64,000 nt of DNA, taken from positions 224,001-288,000 of the forward strand of contig JAKFBU010000023.1 of assembly GCA_036676985.1 (NCBI GenBank), in the 5' to 3' direction. Shown here in pieces: positions 8,568 to 17,914 of the stretch. The number at the start of each line of letters is the position of its first letter. Position 1 is the first letter of the stretch. The stretch comes from Candidatus Sericytochromatia bacterium. GTDB taxonomy: Bacteria > Cyanobacteriota > Sericytochromatia > S15B-MN24 > UBA4093. Both the position numbers and the translations under genes were made by a program. The notes beneath the pieces were generated by a model that was not told the DNA's origin, did not search any database, and saw nothing but the letters and a program-made list of their open reading frames with translations.

Positions 8568-8741
8568 CTACTCCTCGAACATGCGCTTGAGGTACCAGCC
8601 GCACCAGAACAGGATGAGCCCCATGAAGAACGTGCTCATCTCGGGGCCCATGCCCTGGGTGACCCCCAGGTAGAGCGCGAACGGCATGTGCATCATGCCG
8701 ATCAGCATGAGCCCGTTCGAGATAACCTGCTTGCCACCCAT
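8568..8741 (-). CDS. Small two-TM membrane protein (57 aa)
   Basis: MGGKQVISNGLMLIGMMHMPFALYLG...FFMGLILFWCGWYLKRMFEE; GGGAGGG RBS; GC3-rich codons. Confidence 0.65.
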   Translation of the reverse strand: MGGKQVISNGLMLIGMMHMPFALYLGVTQGMGPEMSTFFMGLILFWCGWYLKRMFEE

Positions 8742-8816
8742 GGCGCATCCCCTCCCGCGCATGATCCCGGAAACCGCGACGGGGGCAACCGATGGTCGCC
8801 CCCGATCGACAGTATT

Positions 8817-9578
8817 CTACGGCTTTTGCAGGAAACCGAAAATCCCCTGCACCGTCGTATCCCGCTTGAGGGCCGCGAGGGACTCCGTGAGCGGGATGCC
8901 CTTGGGGCAGGACCGGACGCAGTTCTGCGAGTTGCCGCAGTCATTGACGCCGCCCATGCCCATCAGGGACTCCACGCGCTCGGCCTTGTGCATCTTGCCG
9001 GACGGGTGGAGGTTGAAGAGGCGCGCCTGGCTCACGGCCATCGGACCGATGAACGGCGAGCGATCGTTGACGTTGGGGCAGACCTCGAGGCAGATGCCGC
9101 AGCTCATGCAGCGCGAGAGGTTGTAGGCCACCTCCTGCACCTCGGGGCTCTGGCGCGGGCCAGGGCCGAGGTCGTGGCTGCCGTCGATGTCGATCCACGC
9201 ATGCACCTGCTTCAGCGAGTCGAAGAGGCGCGTGCGGTCCACGATCAGGTCGCGGACGATCGGGAAGGTGCTCATGGGCTCGAGCGTGATGGGCTCGCCG
9301 TTGGGAGCGAGGTTCTTGATCAGCGCCGAGCAGGCCGACATGGGCTTGCCGTTGATGACCATCTGGCAGGTGCCGCACACCTGCTCGAGGCAGGACGCCT
9401 CCCAGATGGCCGGGGTGGTCTTCTCACCCTTGGCGTTGACCGGGTTCCGCTGGACCTCCATGAGCGCCATGATGACGTTCATGCCCTCCGAGTAAGGAAC
9501 CTTGAACTCCTCCCAGGTGGACGGCTTGTCGGGGCCGTCCTGGCGCTTGATGCGAAGCGTGACGGTGGACGGAGGCAT
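8817..9578 (-). CDS. sdhB: Succinate dehydrogenase iron-sulfur subunit
   Basis: CLEQVCGTC, CMSCGICLEVCP, CGNSQNCVRSCP Cys clusters; Bacillus-type. Confidence 0.95.
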   Translation of the reverse strand: MPPSTVTLRIKRQDGPDKPSTWEEFKVPYSEGMNVIMALMEVQRNPVNAKGEKTTPAIWEASCLEQVCGTCQMVINGKPMSACSALIKNLAPNGEPITLEPMSTFPIVRDLIVDRTRLFDSLKQVHAWIDIDGSHDLGPGPRQSPEVQEVAYNLSRCMSCGICLEVCPNVNDRSPFIGPMAVSQARLFNLHPSGKMHKAERVESLMGMGGVNDCGNSQNCVRSCPKGIPLTESLAALKRDTTVQGIFGFLQKP

Positions 9579-11440
9579 TACTTCGACTCCTCTCTGGTCT
9601 TGCGGTCCTCGGTGTGCATCCCGACGGCCGAGGTCTGGGCCTCGACGGAGCCGGGCGCGGGCGTGGTCGCAGAGGCCTGCTTATCGACGTCGTACTTGCG
9701 GGGGCGCGGCTTGATGAGGCTCACGTCCACGTCCGCGTAAGTGATCTCGGGGCCGTTCGGCGTCCACTTGGCCATGGTGGTCTTGAGGAAGTTGGCGTCG
9801 TCGCGCTCCGGGAAATCGGGCTTGTAGTGGGCGCCGCGGCTCTCGTTGCGGAGGAGCGCGCCCTTGGTGATGACCTTGGCGAGCTCGATCATGTTCCAGA
9901 GCTGACGGGTGAAGGGCACCGCCTGGTTGGTCCAGGGACCGACGTCGTCGATGTTCACCTTCTTCCAGCGCTCGGAGAGCGTGTCGAGGTGCGCGAGGGT
10001 CTTCTCGAGCTTGTCGTTGTAGCGGACGACCGTGACGTTGTCCGTCATCCACTCGCCCAGCTCCTTGTGCAGGAGGTAGGGGTTCTCCGTGCCGCGCATG
10101 GCGAGGATCTGGTTGTACTTGTCCTGCTCACGCTTGACGGCCGCGTCCACCACCGAGCTCTTGACCTCGGTCTTGGCCGCGTTCTTCATGAACTTGGCGG
10201 AGGCGGGGCCCGCCACCATGCCGGCGTAGACCGTCGACAGGAGCGAGTTGGCGCCCAGGCGGTTGCCGCCATGGATCGAGTAGTCGGCCTCACCGACCGC
10301 GAACAGGCCGGGGATGTTGGTCATCTGGTCGTAGTCGACCCACAGGCCGCCCATGGTGTAGTGCATGCCGGGGAAGATCTTCATGGGGACGCGCTTGGGG
10401 TCGTCGCCGACGAACATCTCGTAGATCTCGAGCACACCGCCCAGCTTGCGCTCGAGCATGTGCGGGTCGAGGTGGCTGACGTCCAGGTAGACCTGGTTCT
10501 CGCCGTTGACGCCGAGCTTCATCTCGACGCAGACCTTGAAGATGGCGCGGGTCGCGATGTCGCGGGGCACCAGGTTGCCGTAGGCGGGATACATGGTCTC
10601 GAGGAAGTACCAGGGCTCGCCCTTGGGGGGACGCCCGTCGTTGCCGTCCGAAGGCACCCACACCCGGCCGCCCTCGCCGCGGATCGACTCGGACATGAGG
10701 CGCAGCTTGTCGCCGCCCGGGATCGACGTCGGGTGGACCTGGATGAACTCGCCGTTGGCGTAGGTGGCGCCCTGCTGGTAGACCGCGCCCTGCGCCGTAC
10801 CGGTGTTGATAAGCGAGTTGGTGCTCTTGCCGAAGATCATGCCGATGCCGCCGGTGGCGAGCACGGTCGCGCCCGCGGTGAAGGCCTTGATCTCCATGGT
10901 CTTCAGGTGCTGGCAGACGACGCCGCGGCAGATGCCCTCGTCGTCGAGGATGGCCGAGAGGAACTCCCAGCCCTCGTACTTGTTGACCTTGCCGGCCACT
11001 TCCCAGCGGCGCACCTGCTCGTCCAGGGCGTAGAGGAGCTGCTGACCGGTGGTCGCGCCCGCGAACGCCGTGCGGTGGTGCTTGGTGCCGCCGAAGCGAC
11101 GGAAGTCGAGGAGGCCTTCCGGGGTGCGGTTGAAGGGCACGCCCATCCGGTCGAAGAGGTAGATGATGCCGGGAGCGGCCTCGCACATGGCCTTGACGGG
11201 GGGCTGGTTGGCGAGGAAGTCACCGCCGTAGACGGTGTCGTCGAAGTGCTCCCAGGGGCTGTCGCCCTCGCCCTTGGTGTTGACCGCGCCGTTGATGCCG
11301 CCCTGCGCGCACACCGAGTGCGAGCGCTTGACCGGCACCAGGCTGAAGAGGTCGACGTTGACGCCGGCCTCGGCGGCCTTGATGACGGTCATCAGACCGG
11401 CAAGACCGCCGCCGACGACGATGATCCGATTAGCGTCCAT
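9578..11440 (-). CDS. sdhA: Succinate dehydrogenase flavoprotein
   Basis: GGGLAG, RSHSVCAQGG (covalent-FAD His), HYTMGG, HGGNRLGANSL, ESRGAH. Confidence 0.97.
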   Translation of the reverse strand: MDANRIIVVGGGLAGLMTVIKAAEAGVNVDLFSLVPVKRSHSVCAQGGINGAVNTKGEGDSPWEHFDDTVYGGDFLANQPPVKAMCEAAPGIIYLFDRMGVPFNRTPEGLLDFRRFGGTKHHRTAFAGATTGQQLLYALDEQVRRWEVAGKVNKYEGWEFLSAILDDEGICRGVVCQHLKTMEIKAFTAGATVLATGGIGMIFGKSTNSLINTGTAQGAVYQQGATYANGEFIQVHPTSIPGGDKLRLMSESIRGEGGRVWVPSDGNDGRPPKGEPWYFLETMYPAYGNLVPRDIATRAIFKVCVEMKLGVNGENQVYLDVSHLDPHMLERKLGGVLEIYEMFVGDDPKRVPMKIFPGMHYTMGGLWVDYDQMTNIPGLFAVGEADYSIHGGNRLGANSLLSTVYAGMVAGPASAKFMKNAAKTEVKSSVVDAAVKREQDKYNQILAMRGTENPYLLHKELGEWMTDNVTVVRYNDKLEKTLAHLDTLSERWKKVNIDDVGPWTNQAVPFTRQLWNMIELAKVITKGALLRNESRGAHYKPDFPERDDANFLKTTMAKWTPNGPEITYADVDVSLIKPRPRKYDVDKQASATTPAPGSVEAQTSAVGMHTEDRKTREESK

Positions 11441-12161
11441 TCGCTACCTCTTTCTGGATGACGAGCGTTGCAGCTTGATTCTGGTGGACGGCGCCGTGGC
11501 CGGCATCCGGGGTGACCGGGTTGCGGAAGGCGATGAGTGCCGAGATGCCGAGAGCCGAAACGCCGAGCCACACGACGATCATGGCGATCGACGACACCTG
11601 CTGGGCCTTCATGCTGACGGTGAAGCCCCAGTCGATGAGGAACTCCCACAGGCCGTTGGCAAAGTGGTAGGCGCTCGCAATGACGCCGATGGCGTAGAAG
11701 ACGGCCATGGCAGGCTCCTGAAGGTGCATCACGACCTTGCCGAAGCCCGAGCCTGCAAATCCATACTTCTCAATGGTATAGCCGATGGGCGTGCCCTGGA
11801 AGCGCATGAACCACGAATGGTAGGCAAGGAAGACCAGCATGAACAAGCCCGACAAGCGCTGAAGCGTGAAGTTCCAGTTGCGCGCGTAGGGGAACTTGAA
11901 GGGGTTGTTCTTGGCGATGAAGCCGACCCAGACGCCGAAGACCGAGTGGTAGATCAAAGGCAGGTAGATAAGGCCGAACTCCCAAACCCAAAGGTGGGGT
12001 AGCGTCTCCACGAGCTCGACTTTGGCCTCGAAGGCCGGCGCGCCCTGAATGGCATACGCGTTGATCATCAAGTGGACGATCATGTAGAAGCCGAGCGGCA
12101 TGACGCCCGTAAACTGGTGCAGCTTCCTTAGGAGGAAGTAATTCTTGTTCGACACGCCCAT
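11430..12161 (-). CDS. sdhC: Succinate dehydrogenase cytochrome b558 subunit
   Basis: RKLHQFTG, LQRLSG, YHFANGLW heme-ligand His pattern; 5 TM. Confidence 0.93.
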   Translation of the reverse strand: MGVSNKNYFLLRKLHQFTGVMPLGFYMIVHLMINAYAIQGAPAFEAKVELVETLPHLWVWEFGLIYLPLIYHSVFGVWVGFIAKNNPFKFPYARNWNFTLQRLSGLFMLVFLAYHSWFMRFQGTPIGYTIEKYGFAGSGFGKVVMHLQEPAMAVFYAIGVIASAYHFANGLWEFLIDWGFTVSMKAQQVSSIAMIVVWLGVSALGISALIAFRNPVTPDAGHGAVHQNQAATLVIQKEVANGR

Positions 12162-12391
12162 CGAAGTTTCAAACTCCTTTCGACTGCGCTCGGAGTCGAT
12201 CGGAAATCGCTCGAAGCGGCTCGGGGCCTGGTTGGGGCACTGGTGCGGGATCTAAAACGAAGATTAAGGGTCAGTTTAATCCTAGCAAATCGGCTGGCGA
12301 TCGTCACGTCACTGAAACAAAACTATGGGCTCGGCCCCAAGACAGCAGCCGCGGCGATCGCCGCGGCTGCAAAGGGCATGATGAAGGGATT

Positions 12392-13867
12392 CTAACGGGT
12401 CCAGACCGCGTTGAAGGGGCCCCAGTTACCCTGGGCGTCCCGGGCATGGACCAGCGCCAGACGCTTGGAGCCGCCGGCCGGAAGCGTGAAGCCCTGGGCG
12501 GTCTTCTGGAGCGCCGTGCCGCTGCCGGGCGCACCCGCCTTGCCGTAGAACACCTCGGCAGCCACGGCGTCGGGGGCCTGGAAGGTCGAGCTCTCGCTGA
12601 TGGAGGGCTTGAGCTCGGGGCCGAAGACATCGGCCGGGTTGTCGGCCGTCTTCAGGAGGTACATGGCCCCGGGCAGGTTCTCCTTCCAGAACTGGCCGAT
12701 CTTGGCATAGGGAGGATCGAAGCCGTCCTGGTAGGTCCCGATCTCCGCGGTGTAGCAAAGGATGCCGAGCTCGCCGAAGGCCCAGTCGTTGGTGGTACCG
12801 CCGTGAACGTAGAGCCCGGCCGACTGCTTGGCGCCGTAGCCCGCGAACTGCGCGAGCTTCTTGCCGATGGCGGGCAGGCGCTTGTCGGGAGGAGCCTCGT
12901 GCGTGTAGCCCCAGGGCCACAGGATCACGTTGCTGAAGGAGTGGTAGCTCAGGGCGTAGACGAACTTACGGCTGGTCAGCAGAGCCTTCATGGCCTGGGT
13001 CTCGGGCTCCGAGAAGGGAGCCGACCCGCGGAAGGTGGCGTCATCCGGATTCTTGGAGCTGCCGGCCGGGGCCTTGTCCCACGAGTAGCCGTAGTTGCGG
13101 TTGAGGTCGACGCCAGGACCCTCGGGACCGTAGCCGAAGTTGCTCAGGCCGTACGAGGTGTCCGTGTTCTTGCGCCAATCCTTGCCCTGCTCGGCGAGCA
13201 CGTGGCCGTCCGGGTTGACCATGGGCACCACCCAGATCTCGCGGTTGTCCACGGCGAAGGTGGCCTCGGCGTCCTTGCCGTAGTTGGCGAGCAGGTGCTC
13301 GGCAAGCATGTAGGAGATCTCGGAGGTCACGAGCTCGCGGGCATGGTGCTCGCCCAAGAAGGCCACGCCAGGCTTGCTGGCGAGGTCTCCGGTGCCGATG
13401 CGCAGGCCCCAGATGTCCCGGTCGGCCTTGCCCTTGGTCTTCTCCCAAGAGTCTCCGAGGTCGACGAGCTTGCAAAGGTTGGGGTACTTGGCGGCGAGGG
13501 CCTTCATGTCCTGTACCATCTTCTCGTAGGTCCGGTACTTGGGATCATAGCTGTTCTCGTCGCGCAGGTCGGCCCGGTACTTGACCGTGAGGCCGAGCTC
13601 CTTGGCCGCCTCGAGCGTGCGCTTGTCACCGGTGCCGTAAGCCACGTCGTCCGTGACGCCCCACAGGTCCAGCCCGCTGTTGACGAGCTTGGTCAGCTGC
13701 TCGGAGGTCTTGTAGGGAATGGCCACCGGCACGCTGCGCTTCTTCTCCAGGGCCTGCAGCATCGCGCGCTCATTGCCGTTGGAGGGGGCCGCCATCGGCA
13801 GGCCGCAGCCCGTCAGGAAGGCCAGGGCCAGAAGGCCCGTCAAGAGGCGCGTGCGGGACTTGAGCAT
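12392..13867 (-). CDS. M14 zinc carboxypeptidase (carboxypeptidase T-like) lipoprotein
   Basis: Lipobox LTGC; HHARE, NPDG, WRKN, GVDLNRN, SEPET, SYHSF motifs. Confidence 0.9.
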   Translation of the reverse strand: MLKSRTRLLTGLLALAFLTGCGLPMAAPSNGNERAMLQALEKKRSVPVAIPYKTSEQLTKLVNSGLDLWGVTDDVAYGTGDKRTLEAAKELGLTVKYRADLRDENSYDPKYRTYEKMVQDMKALAAKYPNLCKLVDLGDSWEKTKGKADRDIWGLRIGTGDLASKPGVAFLGEHHARELVTSEISYMLAEHLLANYGKDAEATFAVDNREIWVVPMVNPDGHVLAEQGKDWRKNTDTSYGLSNFGYGPEGPGVDLNRNYGYSWDKAPAGSSKNPDDATFRGSAPFSEPETQAMKALLTSRKFVYALSYHSFSNVILWPWGYTHEAPPDKRLPAIGKKLAQFAGYGAKQSAGLYVHGGTTNDWAFGELGILCYTAEIGTYQDGFDPPYAKIGQFWKENLPGAMYLLKTADNPADVFGPELKPSISESSTFQAPDAVAAEVFYGKAGAPGSGTALQKTAQGFTLPAGGSKRLALVHARDAQGNWGPFNAVWTR

Positions 13868-13890
13868 CGAGGGCGTTCTCCTTCAAACAA

Positions 13891-13916
13891 TTAATGGTTC
13901 GTGAAATCCATTTTAA
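13891..13916. promoter_or_regulatory. 11-bp phased TTAA/TGAA/TTAA boxes
   Basis: TTAA 13891, TGAA 13902, TTAA 13913; AAATCCATTTT shared with the S8 gene upstream region. Confidence 0.45.
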
Positions 13917-14008
13917 ACCCACGTTTGCTTTTTATCGTGCCGCCCCCCTCAAACTTGCGCATGAAAAAGAGGGGGCGACGCCCCCTCCGGATGTTCGCTC
14001 ATTCGCCC

Positions 14009-14512
14009 CTAGAGGATCTGCTCGACCTGCTCGACGCTGGGCAGCTGGTGGCCCTGGTAGCGGATGGCCCCCGTCTTGTCGATGAGGACGATGTTGGGAA
14101 TGCCCCGGACGCCGTATTGGTTGGAGACCGCCCCGTCGGTATCGAGGACCGTCGAGTAGGTGACGCCCTTTTCCTGGACGAAGCTCGTGACCTTGTCCGG
14201 GGACTCCTGGATGTTGACCCCGATCAGATCGACCGGCTTGCCCTGCAGGGACTGCGCGAGCTGGTTGGCGCGAGGAACCTCCTCACGACAGGCCCCTCAC
14301 CACGAGGCCCAGAAGATCAACACCTTGCTCCGCTTGTCGACGGTCGGATCGACCGTGACGTTCTGGCCGGTGGGCGTCGCGAGCGTGAAGGAGTGGGCCT
14401 GCTGGTCGCCGCCCGACTTGGCGCAGGCCACCAGGACCATCGCCAGTCCCAGGACCGTGCCCACGCGAGCGCGCATGGAGCGCCCGCGGCTCGAGAAATT
14501 CGCATCGTGCAT
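14009..14512 (-). CDS. TlpA/ResA-like thiol-disulfide oxidoreductase lipoprotein with UxxC (probable selenoprotein)
   Basis: AAGGAGG RBS; lipobox LVAC; LIFWASW-TGA-GAC-REEVP continues in frame through VLDTDGAVSNQYGVRGIPNIVLID to TAG at 14009. Confidence 0.85.
14269..14287 (-). promoter_or_regulatory. Bacterial SECIS-like hairpin
   Basis: CGTGAGGA-GGT-TCCTCGCG; apical loop starts 17 nt after the TGA at 14299-14297. Confidence 0.75.
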
Positions 14513-14704
14513 AGCAGCCTCCTTGTATGGGCCGCGCGCTGCCGCTTGCGCGCTTTTGGGGATCTTAGCACAAAACCCGGTCTCCCCCGACCTACTCTCC
14601 AAGGGATCGATCCTGTTTAGTTAGCGAAGTCTCGTTGTGATGTCCGCTTGCCTGAGACACTGAGCAGGCAAGGGGCAGCCGAGAGTTAACAGGAGGAAAC
14701 CTGC

Positions 14705-15415
14705 ATGCCTAGGCTTTACCGTTGGACCCTTGCCGGTACGCTTGCGCTCGCCCTGCCCGCGCTGGTGGGCTTCGAGGGCAACCCGCCCCAGGCCGTCGAG
14801 CCTCCCACCCCCACGCTCGAGGTCTTGCAGCAGGCGCTCTTGGCGCGGGACTACTTCTTCCCGTCCTCGGCGACCATGCGCGCCGTCTACAGCTTCAGCG
14901 AGTCGACGCAGGTGCCCTCGCAGGCGGCCCAGCAGATGTCCGGCACCTTGACCGTCACGGTCGTGAGCTACAGCCCGACCCAGGCGGTGGTCCGCACCAC
15001 CAGCACGTCGACCGGCGAAGGCGGACAGCCCAGCACCCAGACCGCCGACACCACGCTCACCATCGAAGCGGACGGCACCGTGGTCTCGAGCGCCACCTCC
15101 CAGCGCCGATCCAACGACATCTTCACGAGCGGCGGGGGCGTGGTGGCTCCGGCCTCGGGCTCCGAGATTCCCGAGATCCGCGCGCGCATGGTGGGCACCG
15201 AGACCGTCACCGTGCCCGCGGGCACCTACCAGACCGTCCGCCTGCAGGAGGGACTGGCCGCCCAGGGCGCTCCGCAGTATGACGTGTGGGTGGCCAGGGG
15301 CGTGGGCATCGTGCGCAAGCGCATGGACGCCACCTACCCCGTGCCGACCGGGCAGAACCAGACGGCGCAGGCTCGAACCACCTACGAGATGAGGCTCGAC
15401 AGCTTCACGCCCTAG
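14705..15415 (+). CDS. Exported beta-rich protein with ETVTVPAGTY motif (DUF3108/TapB-like)
   Basis: Signal peptide; VPAGT and WVARGVGIV motifs; AGGAGG RBS. Confidence 0.7.
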   Translation: MPRLYRWTLAGTLALALPALVGFEGNPPQAVEPPTPTLEVLQQALLARDYFFPSSATMRAVYSFSESTQVPSQAAQQMSGTLTVTVVSYSPTQAVVRTTSTSTGEGGQPSTQTADTTLTIEADGTVVSSATSQRRSNDIFTSGGGVVAPASGSEIPEIRARMVGTETVTVPAGTYQTVRLQEGLAAQGAPQYDVWVARGVGIVRKRMDATYPVPTGQNQTAQARTTYEMRLDSFTP

Positions 15416-15513
15416 GCGACCTCTCCATTCATACAACTTTATGACGTTTTGTGTATCATGTCGGAAGCTTGTCCTCCAAGCCCTCCCTCTACCGCCCAGA
15501 CAAGGAGAACGAC

Positions 15514-16251
15514 GTGACACGAAGCATGACGTGGCCCACGGCCGGCGGCTCCCTCTTGATGGGGGCCGCCCTGGTTCTAGCCGGTTGCCCCATGGACGGC
15601 CACCCCCCCTCTCACACTCCGACCACCGCGCCGGGTGACGTCTCCGCGACGGAGTACCAGCCGCGCGACTACTTCTATCCGGCGTCGGCGACCCAGCGCA
15701 ACGTCCTCCTCTTGACCTCGACGGTCGACCTCCCCGGGACGATGACGGACGAGGTGGCCACCGCGAGCCTCACCTCCGAGGTCACGGCCTATGGGGCCAA
15801 CACCGCCGAGGTGCGGTCGACCAACTCCTTCACCCTGCCGGGCACCGGCGGCTCGAGCCCCGTGGCTTCCAGCTCGGTCTCGACGGCCTCCTTCCGCGTC
15901 GAGGCCGACGGGACGGTCTTGGTCACCATGGACGAGGGCATCGAGCGCTACCCGCGGGGCGTGTTCACCAGTGCCGGAGCGATCATCGGGGGCCAGGGCG
16001 GCGGAGTCATCCGCATGTCGCTCGAAGGCGGACCGGAGGCGGTCCAGGTCCCGGCCGGGCCGTTCAGCGCCCTGCGCTTCACCATCCGGACCATCGACGG
16101 CGACTACCGGTCCTGGTATGCCCGCCAGGTGGGCTCCGTGCGCACGGACAGCACGGGCACCTTCTCGGTGGTGGTCGGCACGCCGCCCGCGACCTCGAGT
16201 GCGGTGGCGACCGTGAGCACCCGCGTCGAGCTCGTCTCGCGCACGCCGTAA
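15514..16251 (+). CDS. Lipoprotein paralog of the upstream gene (VPAG motif)
   Basis: Lipobox LAGC; DYFYPASATQR, EADGTV, VQVPAGPF, WYARQVG align with the 14705 protein. Confidence 0.7.
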   Translation: MTRSMTWPTAGGSLLMGAALVLAGCPMDGHPPSHTPTTAPGDVSATEYQPRDYFYPASATQRNVLLLTSTVDLPGTMTDEVATASLTSEVTAYGANTAEVRSTNSFTLPGTGGSSPVASSSVSTASFRVEADGTVLVTMDEGIERYPRGVFTSAGAIIGGQGGGVIRMSLEGGPEAVQVPAGPFSALRFTIRTIDGDYRSWYARQVGSVRTDSTGTFSVVVGTPPATSSAVATVSTRVELVSRTP

Positions 16252-16288
16252 CGGCGAGGGGGCCGCGGAAATCCGCGGCCCCCTCGGC

Positions 16289-17062
16289 CTACAGGTTGTA
16301 GAGGCGGATGAGCTTCTTGTCCGTCTCGCCCTCGATGGTGGCCTCGACCTCCAGGTAGCCTTCGATGCCGCTGCTCTTGAGCTTGTGCTTGAGCAGCTCG
16401 TCGAGCTGGTAGATGCCCGCCGAGTTGTTCATCGTGATCTCGATGAGCACCGGCTTGGACTCTCCCTTCTTGAGGTGCACGGACTCGATGGCCATGGCCG
16501 AGACGGAGTGGATGTTGACCTTGCCGGCCTCGAAGGGAATGCGCGATCGCCCCTGCGAGATGTCCAGGGCGTTCGCCACCTTGACCACGCCCGCCTCGAT
16601 GGTCAGGCACTGCTCGTCGGGCTTGTGGGCGATGATCGCATGCAGCACCTCCGAGGAGATGGTGAGCTGATCGGCCGGCTCGTAGATCCCCGCGAGCAGC
16701 TTGGGCAGCTGGCGATTGGCGATGAAGAGGCTGTAGGTTTCGTGGCGATCGCGATGCACCGCCATGCCCAGGTCGTGCAGCAAGGAGCCGAGCACCACCA
16801 CCACCTCGGCGTCGTCGGGCGTGAGGCCGTGGTCCTTGACCACGCTCGGCTCGATGCCCGCGTCCACCAGGAGGCGCATGAGCTTGAGGGCCATGTTGGC
16901 GACGATCTTGACGTGCACGTAGCCGTGGTCGCTCATCTTCATGCGATCGACGGCGTTGATGTTCGCACAGCGCCAGTACTGGGCGAGCTCGGCGTCGTGG
17001 TCGACGCGCGCGAGCACCTGCTCCAGGCGCTGGTTCTGCTTGACGGGAATGTTGATCGGCAT
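16289..17062 (-). CDS. HD-domain phosphohydrolase family protein
   Basis: DHGYVH, LLHDLG, IIAH, GRSRIPF, IHSVSA motifs. Confidence 0.85.
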   Translation of the reverse strand: MPINIPVKQNQRLEQVLARVDHDAELAQYWRCANINAVDRMKMSDHGYVHVKIVANMALKLMRLLVDAGIEPSVVKDHGLTPDDAEVVVVLGSLLHDLGMAVHRDRHETYSLFIANRQLPKLLAGIYEPADQLTISSEVLHAIIAHKPDEQCLTIEAGVVKVANALDISQGRSRIPFEAGKVNIHSVSAMAIESVHLKKGESKPVLIEITMNNSAGIYQLDELLKHKLKSSGIEGYLEVEATIEGETDKKLIRLYNL

Positions 17063-17173
17063 CGATCCTGGCTTTCTAGTTCGGGGCGGCGTCATGCCAG
17101 TATACCCAGCCGACCCCGGGCCCATCCATGGGCAAAGGCCGGGCTGAGCCCGGCCTTTGCTGGGACCTGCGGC

Positions 17174-17818
17174 CTACTTGGCGCCGAGCGCGGCGACCAC
17201 CATGTCGATGTAGAGGTCTTCGAACTCGCCCTGGCTGAGCTTGCCGTCGCCCGTCTTGTCCGCTCCCGCGTACAGCTCGTCGGTGACCGTCACGAGCGTG
17301 GTCGTGATGTTGAGCGTCGGGTACCGGAAGCCCATGCCCACCTTGGCCACCCGCGCATCCGCGAGCTCCTCGCGGGTCAAGAAGCCGTCGCCCCGGCTGA
17401 ACATGCCGCCCGTGGGCAGATCGAGCTTGGTGAACGCCGTGCCGAGGTAGTCGCGCATGCGCACGAAGAACTTGTCCTCGGAGTCGGCCCCGGTGAAGAA
17501 GCCCCCCGCCGTGGCGAACTGCACGAACTGCGCCTCGGAGATCTTGCCGTCGGCGTTGCGATCGAGCTTGGTGAAGAGGTTGAGGGGGATGGTGGGGCCG
17601 GCCTCGTACTCGTCGATGTGGCCGTCGTGGTTGGCGTCGAGGTTGCCGAAGATGGCCTTGTGGATACGGCCGAAGCCGGCCTTGAGGGCGGCCGTCGCGC
17701 TCGCGGACACCTTGGTCGACGAAGCGGACGTGGTGCCGGCGGTGGGCACGCCGCAGCCCGCGAGGCCAAGGAGCGCCAGGCCCAGGGCCGCGCTCACCAG
17801 TCGGTTGTTATGAATCAT
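17174..17818 (-). CDS. EF-hand calcium-binding lipoprotein
   Basis: Lipobox LAGC; DANHDGHIDEYE, DRNADGKISEAQ, DKTGDGKLSQGE loops. Confidence 0.85.
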   Translation of the reverse strand: MIHNNRLVSAALGLALLGLAGCGVPTAGTTSASSTKVSASATAALKAGFGRIHKAIFGNLDANHDGHIDEYEAGPTIPLNLFTKLDRNADGKISEAQFVQFATAGGFFTGADSEDKFFVRMRDYLGTAFTKLDLPTGGMFSRGDGFLTREELADARVAKVGMGFRYPTLNITTTLVTVTDELYAGADKTGDGKLSQGEFEDLYIDMVVAALGAK

Positions 17819-17832
17819 GGAAGGTCTCCTGT

Positions 17833-17869
17833 TTAATGCGTCCTTAACGTATCTTTATTTTGACCATAA
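17833..17869. promoter_or_regulatory. 11-bp phased TTAA boxes
   Basis: TTAA 17833, TTAA 17844, TTAT 17855, ATAA 17866 upstream of the EF-hand gene. Confidence 0.5.
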
Positions 17870-17914
17870 AACTTCCAGACGGCAAGGGGTCCCCTCCTCC
17901 GGTAGAATGACTCC

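Noticed and set aside
14297-14602. 101-aa ORF or pseudogene call for the redoxin
   Set aside because: The stop sits at the catalytic Cys, the downstream frame is intact and a SECIS-like hairpin follows; Sec recoding fits better
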